52,534 nt of DNA from a virus (taxonomy: Duplodnaviria > Caudoviricetes): positions 1 through 52,534 of IMG/VR virus record IMGVR_UViG_3300034072_000552. One strand, 5' to 3'. Shown piece after piece: positions 46,696 through 52,534 of this stretch. The number at the start of each line of letters is the position of its first letter. Within the stretch, counting starts at the first letter, position 1. The position numbers and the translations under genes are program-made. The notes beneath the pieces were generated by a model. The model searched no databases and was not told where the DNA came from. It saw nothing but the letters and a program-made list of their open reading frames with translations.

Positions 46696-46929
46696 ATGTC
46701 GAAATACAATAAGCTGATCGGGGCTCTGCTCGGCAATCTCGTATCCATTCTGGTGGCTTGGCTTGCTGTTCAGTTCCCATCCATCGCCACCTGTGTTCCC
46801 GGCGTCGATCCGTCCGTGGGCGAAGTTTGCTCTGTGCTCGGTTTCGATCAGGCTCAGATCACGGCAACCCTTATGGTGTTGTTCAACTCTGCGTTCGTCT
46901 ACTTCTTCCCACCGAACAAGCCGGCATGA
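46696..46929 (+). CDS. Holin candidate (2 TM)
   Basis: AAGGAGG RBS; two hydrophobic helices; follows the endolysin. Confidence 0.6.
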   Translation: MSKYNKLIGALLGNLVSILVAWLAVQFPSIATCVPGVDPSVGEVCSVLGFDQAQITATLMVLFNSAFVYFFPPNKPA

Positions 46930-47132
46930 CTTGGCTTTCGGTCCTCAAGATCGTTCTTCAGCTCGCCGCGTTTATCGCTCGGCGAGCTGAGAAGTCTGAG
47001 ATTGAAAGGAACCTGATCAATGAACTCAAGGTCCTTCAAGGTCAAAGGGTTGAGCGCGCTGACGCTGCTCGCGATGACGTTCTCAATGGTCGGGTGCATT
47101 CCGACCCTAACGACCCATTCCGCCGGGATTGA
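46926..47132 (+). CDS. i-spanin (Rz-like) candidate
   Basis: N-terminal hydrophobic anchor plus charged helical region ending DPFRRD; overlaps the lipoprotein gene. Confidence 0.65.
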   Translation: MTWLSVLKIVLQLAAFIARRAEKSEIERNLINELKVLQGQRVERADAARDDVLNGRVHSDPNDPFRRD

Positions 47133-47262
47133 AGCGGACAAAGAAGCAGCAGGCGCAGCTTGTAGAGCTTGGAAGCCTCTGACCTATTCAAGCAAGGACA
47201 CGGAACAAACGCAACTTGAAGTGCGCGGTAACAACGCAGCCCGGGGAGCGTATTGTGACTGA
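47020..47262 (+). CDS. o-spanin (Rz1-like) lipoprotein
   Basis: Signal LSALTLLAMTFSMVG|C; CRAWKPLTYS..DT..T...V..NNAA...YC; start may be TTG 47050. Confidence 0.7.
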   Translation: MNSRSFKVKGLSALTLLAMTFSMVGCIPTLTTHSAGIEADKEAAGAACRAWKPLTYSSKDTEQTQLEVRGNNAARGAYCD

Positions 47263-47494
47263 TCTAACCGGCTTTCTCGAAAAGGGCCGTTTGGACCTCT
47301 TCATCATAGTCGGCTTGATGGCGGCGCTTGTTTGGGTCGTCAAGCAATGGCGGGCCGCTGAGAAGTATAAAGATGATCTTCATGACGGCAGACGCGAAGA
47401 TATGATGAAGATCGTTGAACTTGCGGTGGAAGTGAAGAACAGCGTTGAGACCCTTGTGGAGCTTATCAAAAGCGACAACCGGAGGTCCAGATGA
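47255..47494 (+). CDS. Single-TM membrane protein
   Basis: GGGGAG RBS, GTG start; LFIIVGLMAALVWVV followed by coiled coil. Confidence 0.6.
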   Translation: MTDLTGFLEKGRLDLFIIVGLMAALVWVVKQWRAAEKYKDDLHDGRREDMMKIVELAVEVKNSVETLVELIKSDNRRSR

Positions 47495-47676
47495 TTAGCT
47501 TGTCTAAATACCTTCGCCCGGGTCGCCCCGAAAAGGAACGCAAGGAGCGTGAAAAAGAACTCACGCAGCTCCAGCACGAAATCAACCAAACTATACAGGC
47601 TGTTCAGTCTGGAAATCGTATTCTACAATCCATGGCGGGGGTTGTAGAATTGAACCGCCGGAGCAAGACCCGATGA
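47491..47676 (+). CDS. Small coiled-coil protein
   Basis: GGAGG RBS; ATGA coupling. Confidence 0.6.
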   Translation: MISLSKYLRPGRPEKERKEREKELTQLQHEINQTIQAVQSGNRILQSMAGVVELNRRSKTR

Positions 47677-48389
47677 ACATCACGAGAAATCAGCTACTGA
47701 TCAATATCTGTGTCGCGCTCGCGGCTTACTGGACTTTGGGATGGTACATTCCAGGCCCGATCCTTTCTGTGACGCTTTCTGTGTTCGCCGTCCTTGTCGG
47801 GCTGGCAATCATTTTCAAATATTTCCAAGGCTGGTACGGCGTCCTTTGGAAGGGTGAGCGATCCCCGGAGCACAAGAGAGCTCATCTCGGGGCTATCGGC
47901 ATTCCCGGCGTGGCGGCCTCCGTTGTATACGGAGGCGTTTTTACGCTGCTGTGGAACCTTTTCGGACAGCCCCCGGATTGGCTCGGCACTCCAGCATCTA
48001 ACTTCAGCCGTCTGGTTCTGGTAGCAAGTTGCGTGGCGCTCTATATGACCCCGGACGATTTGAGAGGGAAATACAGCCTGCCTTCGCAGGTGTGGCTTAT
48101 TATTCTTTTCGTCACTGCGACTGTTACCGCGTACCTTCTGGGCGCATACGTGGAAGACCGGCCCCAGTTCTCGGTTATCCGCCCCGCTCACTGGGCGGAG
48201 TGTACGCGGGAAAAGCCAGTTTGGATCGCTTCCGGGTCGAAATATTACCACGGCCCAGACAGCCCCTGGAGGGAGTTGATAAGGGCTCGCGGGTGCTTCG
48301 CTACGGTTGAAGAGGCTCGTGTTGCTGGTTTTCTCCCGCCTCCCGTCTTAACGTCAAAAACCGAAAAACCTAAGAAAGTCGTTCCCTAG
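47673..48389 (+). CDS. Multi-pass membrane protein with C-terminal Ada-metal-binding-like domain
   Basis: About 5 hydrophobic segments; SGSKYYH.PD........CFATVEEARVAGF. Confidence 0.7.
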   Translation: MNITRNQLLINICVALAAYWTLGWYIPGPILSVTLSVFAVLVGLAIIFKYFQGWYGVLWKGERSPEHKRAHLGAIGIPGVAASVVYGGVFTLLWNLFGQPPDWLGTPASNFSRLVLVASCVALYMTPDDLRGKYSLPSQVWLIILFVTATVTAYLLGAYVEDRPQFSVIRPAHWAECTREKPVWIASGSKYYHGPDSPWRELIRARGCFATVEEARVAGFLPPPVLTSKTEKPKKVVP

Positions 48390-48601
48390 CTAAGACGAAA
48401 AAAGCCCAGAAGGCGTGGGGGTATCTTAACGTTCTTAACGTTCTCTAGTGACTTTATATTCGCCGGTGATACGTCATTTACATATACCCCTTATTTAAAG
48501 TTAAGAAACATAAGAAAGTTAAGATTTCCCCAGCCTGACTGGAGATTGAGCGTCTTAACTTCGCGGTAACCGGCTCGGCGAAGTTAAGAACGTTAAGACG
48601 C
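48344..48601. repeat. GTTAAGA-array / AT-rich element, copy B (origin-like)
   Basis: 8 perfect heptamers plus degenerate ones; constant 26,226-bp offset from copy A over ~200 bp. Confidence 0.9.
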
Positions 48602-48619
48602 CTCCCCACCCCTCTGGGC

Positions 48620-48672
48620 TAGACTGCCGCGCCCCGGCTCGCTATCTTCCGGGATAAGAAATGGAGCATTCA
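48620..48672 (+). promoter_or_regulatory. Promoter and leader for the helicase/replication operon
   Basis: TAGACT-N17-TATCTT, CCGGGATAAG box variant, AGAAATGGAGCA RBS. Confidence 0.65.
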
Positions 48673-50154
48673 ATGTACGTACCTTACACGAAGCCCTTCC
48701 AGCATCAGGCCGATCACTTCGACCAGCACAAGGCGTCGGAAAACTATGCCTTGTTTTGGGAGCAGGGTTGCGGCAAGACGAAGCCCAATATTGATACTAT
48801 CGCACACCTGTGGACCGAAGGTGAAATCCAGGGGGCCATTATTGTCGCCCCGAATGGCGTTCACCGCAACTGGATCACCGACGAGCTGCCCACGCACCTC
48901 CCGCCGGAGCTTCTCGAAGGTATGGAGCTTCACGCCTACCACCCCGATACCCCGGGGGTGAAGTATCGGCAGGAGCAGGTGCGCGACCTTCTCAACACCA
49001 ACCGCTTCCCGCTCCTCGCCATCAGCTATGAAGCGTGGCAGACGGATATGGGGAAGAAAGCCGTTTGGCAGATGATGAAGAAGCGCCGCGTGTTCTGCGG
49101 GCTCGATGAATCCCACCGCGTCAAGACGCCTTCGGCGAAGTCCACAATGTCGATCCTCGCCGGGGGCAAGCATGCCGCCTATCGCCGGATCATGTCCGGC
49201 ACGCCGGTCCCTAACGGTCCCTTTGACATATACAGCCAAGTCAAGTTTCTTGACCCGGACTTCTGGAAGCGCGAGCTTGATATTGACAGCTTCACTGCTT
49301 TCAAGGCGTATTTCGGCGTTTGGGATGTGGGTTACACCAAGCAGATGGTGAAGGGTCGTCTCAAGACGATTGAATATCCAATCCTTGATTGCTACAACAA
49401 TCTTGAGGAGCTGTATACAGCACTGAAGTTGATCAGTAGCCGCGTGACTAAGGATGAGGTCTTGGACCTCCCTCAGAAGCTCTTCAGCAAGCGTTACTAC
49501 GACATGACGCCGACGCAGGCGCGCATGTACAGGGAGCTTGACGAGGAGTTCATGACGTTCATGGATAGCGGAGAGCTTGTGGCTGCTCCACTGGCAATCG
49601 TTCGCCTCCTTCGCATGCAGCAGGTCCTGTGTGGCTATCTCCCAGTGGAGGCCGGTCAGGAGCCGGTGGAGCTTATCGACCGCGACCGCAACCCCCGTTT
49701 GAGGGCCTATCAGGAGAAGATCGAAGACACCCCCGGAAAGGCGATCACTTGGGCCGTGTGGACCCGGGATTTGGACATGATTATGGAGAGCCTCGTAAAG
49801 ATGGGTCGCAAGCCCGTCCGTTATGACGGCACCCGTTCCTCAGACGAGCTTCAGCGCGCTAAGGACGCCTTCAAGAAGGGTGACGCAACCGACTTCGTGG
49901 CGAACGTCTCTATGTGCGAGGGCTTGACCTTGAATGAGGCCAAGTCTACGATCTATTTCAACAATAATTACAATCTCCGCATGCGTCTCCAGAGCGAAGA
50001 CCGTAATCACCGCATCGGACAGGTCGATCACGTGGATTACACCGATCTGGTATGCGCCAGCACCCGAGATGAGCACGCGATTGAAGCGCTAGTCAAGAAA
50101 CTTGAAGTTGCCAGCGTGATTCTCGGGGACAAAATGAAGGACTGGATCAGATGA
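48673..50154 (+). CDS. SNF2-family (SF2) helicase
   Basis: EQGCGKT, DESH, SGTP, EGLTL, QSEDRNHRIGQ. Confidence 0.92.
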   Translation: MYVPYTKPFQHQADHFDQHKASENYALFWEQGCGKTKPNIDTIAHLWTEGEIQGAIIVAPNGVHRNWITDELPTHLPPELLEGMELHAYHPDTPGVKYRQEQVRDLLNTNRFPLLAISYEAWQTDMGKKAVWQMMKKRRVFCGLDESHRVKTPSAKSTMSILAGGKHAAYRRIMSGTPVPNGPFDIYSQVKFLDPDFWKRELDIDSFTAFKAYFGVWDVGYTKQMVKGRLKTIEYPILDCYNNLEELYTALKLISSRVTKDEVLDLPQKLFSKRYYDMTPTQARMYRELDEEFMTFMDSGELVAAPLAIVRLLRMQQVLCGYLPVEAGQEPVELIDRDRNPRLRAYQEKIEDTPGKAITWAVWTRDLDMIMESLVKMGRKPVRYDGTRSSDELQRAKDAFKKGDATDFVANVSMCEGLTLNEAKSTIYFNNNYNLRMRLQSEDRNHRIGQVDHVDYTDLVCASTRDEHAIEALVKKLEVASVILGDKMKDWIR

Positions 50155-50513
50155 CTGTATTTGTTGTACAAGACCATCGCCGCTACGATAAGGACACGGG
50201 ACAGCTTGTCGCTGTCTACGATCTGACCCCGGCTGAGGAATTTGGCCCCCTCAAATTTTTGCTGACGCCGACCGCTGCCCCTTGGGCAACTGAATCGATC
50301 ATCAATGATCTCTGGGACGGTCTTGAGGATTTCGGCGATGATGACTATCTGCTGATGATCGGTAATCCGGTTCTCTGCGGGCTCGCGGCGGCGGTCGCTT
50401 GCGATGTGAACCGTGGACGCATCCGGTTTCTTCAGTGGAACGGTCGGATGAAAGCATATACCCCTGTTGAAGCCCAAGTCTTCGAAGTAGCGAACGCCCC
50501 GAAGCGGGGATAA
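50151..50513 (+). CDS. Hypothetical protein
   Basis: ATGA coupling; DYLLMIGNPV motif. Confidence 0.7.
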   Translation: MTVFVVQDHRRYDKDTGQLVAVYDLTPAEEFGPLKFLLTPTAAPWATESIINDLWDGLEDFGDDDYLLMIGNPVLCGLAAAVACDVNRGRIRFLQWNGRMKAYTPVEAQVFEVANAPKRG

Positions 50514-50540
50514 CCTTTGACTGTAGAAAAGGAGCACCAA

Positions 50541-51089
50541 ATGACCAGTTACGAACAACTTGCCCAAGCACCTCTCAAGACCGACAATATTCTGGCGCAG
50601 ATCGCGGGCGTGGCCCGGGATATAGTCGCCGCTGCTGACGCCGTCGCTGCGGCTGAGGAGGCCCTGAAGGACGCCCAGAAGCATCTGAAGGTCCTCAGAG
50701 AGGAAGTGATGCCGGAGCTTATGGCGGCGGCGGGACAGGAAGAATTGACCACGATTGACGGTTATGTGGTGTCGATCAAGGATATGGTACGCGGCCAGCC
50801 GACGAAGGACAAGGAGCGCGAAGCGTTCAAGTGGCTCCGGGACGGCGGCAACGGCGGGATTATCAAGAGTGAGATCAATGTTGATCTCGGCAAGGCGAAG
50901 GAAGACGAAATCCAGAAGGCCGTTGAGGCTCTCAAAGCCGCCGGTCTGACCAAGGCGTTTCACAAGCAGTCCGTTCACTGGCAGACACTCGGGTCGCTCG
51001 TGCGCGAGAAGCTTTCGAAGGGCGAAGATGTTCCTCTGGAGCTTCTTGGCGTCCATATGTGGAAGCAGGCTGATGTGAAGCCGAAGTAA
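50541..51089 (+). CDS. Conserved phage replication-module protein (coiled coil, AFKWLR..G.G.IIK, VHWQTL)
   Basis: AGAAAAGGAGCA RBS; typical neighbour of phage SSB/helicase genes. Confidence 0.75.
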   Translation: MTSYEQLAQAPLKTDNILAQIAGVARDIVAAADAVAAAEEALKDAQKHLKVLREEVMPELMAAAGQEELTTIDGYVVSIKDMVRGQPTKDKEREAFKWLRDGGNGGIIKSEINVDLGKAKEDEIQKAVEALKAAGLTKAFHKQSVHWQTLGSLVREKLSKGEDVPLELLGVHMWKQADVKPK

Positions 51090-51203
51090 GACGCGACAGC
51101 GTCTGTCAGTTCCCGTCACCTGGGTGAGTGGTGAGGGTCAACCGCTGGTTGAGCAGGGCTAGAGCCGGTGCCCGGAAACCGCCTCATTTTAGGAGAAGCC
51201 AAA

Positions 51204-52076
51204 ATGGCAAAGCAGACCACAGCAGTCACCAAGCAGCAGGCCCAGCTCCCGGCAGAATATGCCGGTCTGGAAGAATACGCCGGTCAGGGCCTTGAGGATA
51301 TTGACAGTTCTGATCGTTCGATCCCGTTCATCAAGGTTCTGGAAAAGAACAGCCCCGAAATCGAAACCGTGGACGGCGCGAAAGCCGGCATGTTCATCAA
51401 CACGGCGACGCAGAAGCTCTACCCGTCCATTCGCTTCGTTCCGGCTTGCCGTGACCACATGTTCGTTGAATGGGTTCCCATCGACAACGGCGGCGGTCTG
51501 GTTGCTTCCTACGGCCTGAACGAACCCATCTCACAGTGGGCCAAGTCTCAGCGTGGCAAGATCAGCCTGAAGAACGGCAACGACCTCGTGGAAACGTTCT
51601 ACTTGTTCGGCATCGTGGTGCCCGAAGAAGACGATGATGAATCCGAAGCCTACCCGGCTGTCATCTCGTTCACTTCGACCCGCATCAAGGCGTACAAGTC
51701 CATCGTCAATCGCTCGGACAGCATCATGCTTCCCGGCGCGAATGGACGCAAGTTCAAGGCTCCGTGGTTCTGCCACGTCTGGCGTATTACTTCTGAAAAG
51801 AAGGTGGACGGCAACCAGTCGTGGTATGTCTTCAACGCGGCCTTCGACAGCGAAACGAAGGATGCTGCCGGCGCACGCCTCCCTGCTGATCACCCGGTCG
51901 TCCAGATGGGTGCCGAAATGGTCAAGCAGAAGAACAGCGGCGAGCTGAAGATGTCCCAGGAAGGCGCGGCTGGCGAACAGCCTGATGTTCCCGAACGCGA
52001 AGCTTCCGGCGGCTCCAACTACGGCAAGTCCGGGGGCGGTCGCTCCAAGGAAGACATGGACGATCCTCCGTTCTGA
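51204..52076 (+). CDS. Single-stranded DNA-binding-like protein
   Basis: IPFIKVL...SPE..GAKAG, EW, Gly-rich linker and acidic DMDDPPF C-terminal tail. Confidence 0.7.
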   Translation: MAKQTTAVTKQQAQLPAEYAGLEEYAGQGLEDIDSSDRSIPFIKVLEKNSPEIETVDGAKAGMFINTATQKLYPSIRFVPACRDHMFVEWVPIDNGGGLVASYGLNEPISQWAKSQRGKISLKNGNDLVETFYLFGIVVPEEDDDESEAYPAVISFTSTRIKAYKSIVNRSDSIMLPGANGRKFKAPWFCHVWRITSEKKVDGNQSWYVFNAAFDSETKDAAGARLPADHPVVQMGAEMVKQKNSGELKMSQEGAAGEQPDVPEREASGGSNYGKSGGGRSKEDMDDPPF

Positions 52077-52093
52077 TCGCCCCGGTCAGAACC

Positions 52094-52132
52094 GCCCCGG
52101 GAGGTCTGCTTCACTCCCGGGGCATTTTGTTT
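52094..52132 (+). terminator. Intrinsic terminator after the SSB-like gene
   Basis: GCCCCGGGAG-N10-CTCCCGGGGC followed by ATTTTGTTT. Confidence 0.75.
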
Positions 52133-52149
52133 CAGAAATGGAGAATCAA

Positions 52150-52398
52150 ATGTTCCCGCCGCTTTCAGAGAAAATGGTTTACGTTTACCGCCTTCCGAAG
52201 GACCTGTCCAACGGGTTCTGCTTTGGGCAGGGGGTGCCGATCACGTTCACCAATGTGGATTGGTTTATGGTTTTCGACGGCGCAACCCGGGAAGACCTTC
52301 AGCAGTTCATCAAGCAGAAGCGATACGTTGGCGCTGATCAAACATATCTGGTTTGCTCGCCGGAGCTTGACGTCAGCTTCACATTCAAGGGCGAATGA
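52150..52398 (+). CDS. Hypothetical protein
   Basis: AGAAATGGAG RBS; its stop precedes the helicase ATG across the circular junction. Confidence 0.65.
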   Translation: MFPPLSEKMVYVYRLPKDLSNGFCFGQGVPITFTNVDWFMVFDGATREDLQQFIKQKRYVGADQTYLVCSPELDVSFTFKGE

Positions 52399-52534
52399 TA
52401 TGTCTCAGTGGTCGCCTCAACAGGAAAAGGCTTTAGCCCGCGTCAGTCGCTGGCTTCGGGACCCGGAAGACAAGCAGCTGTTTCGCCTCTTTGGGTATGC
52501 GGGAACCGGGAAGACGACGCTGGCCAAGCACCTC
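52338..52534. repeat. Terminal direct repeat / circular overlap, copy 2
   Basis: Matches 1-197 with one mismatch. Confidence 0.95.

Noticed and set aside
52338-52534. Biological direct terminal repeat
   Set aside because: It starts and ends inside coding sequences, and the P22-like TerS suggests headful packaging. More likely an assembly overlap; the single mismatch is synonymous.
1-52534. Prophage/temperate functions, introns, inteins, diversity-generating retroelement
   Set aside because: No integrase, ParA, CI-like repressor or reverse transcriptase seen; RNR, PolA and TerL are uninterrupted and of normal length.

Overview
The window is an apparently complete, circularly permuted dsDNA tailed-phage genome. 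The unit length is about 52,337 bp: bases 1-197 recur at 52338-52534 with one synonymous mismatch. Essentially all genes are on the + strand. I saw no integrase, repressor-type lysogeny module or tRNA, so it is probably lytic. An alphaproteobacterial (rhizobial-type) host is inferred from promoter style and gene content. One half (about 48.7 kb, across the ends, to 22.0 kb) holds replication and nucleotide genes: SNF2 and RecD/Dda helicases, SSB-like protein, class II RNR, PolA, primase-helicase, dCMP deaminase and a MazG-like pyrophosphatase. It also holds a 5-hydroxymethyluracil/thymidine hypermodification cluster (dUMP hydroxymethylase-like, kinase(s), amino acid:DNA transferase, FAD oxidoreductase). 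The other half (22.4-48.4 kb) is a myovirus-type morphogenesis and lysis module. Four observations stand out. (1) Two copies of a ~250-bp GTTAAGA-array/AT-rich element sit almost exactly opposite each other on the circle (26,226 vs 26,111 bp), at the two module boundaries. (2) The portal carries a C-terminal Acb1-like 2H phosphoesterase, preceded by a candidate maturation-cleavage motif. (3) The hypermodification pathway resembles PaMx11 but has no visible acetyltransferase. (4) A CGGGGATAA box is tied to most early/middle promoters. All family assignments come from motif recognition by eye; no database searches were run.
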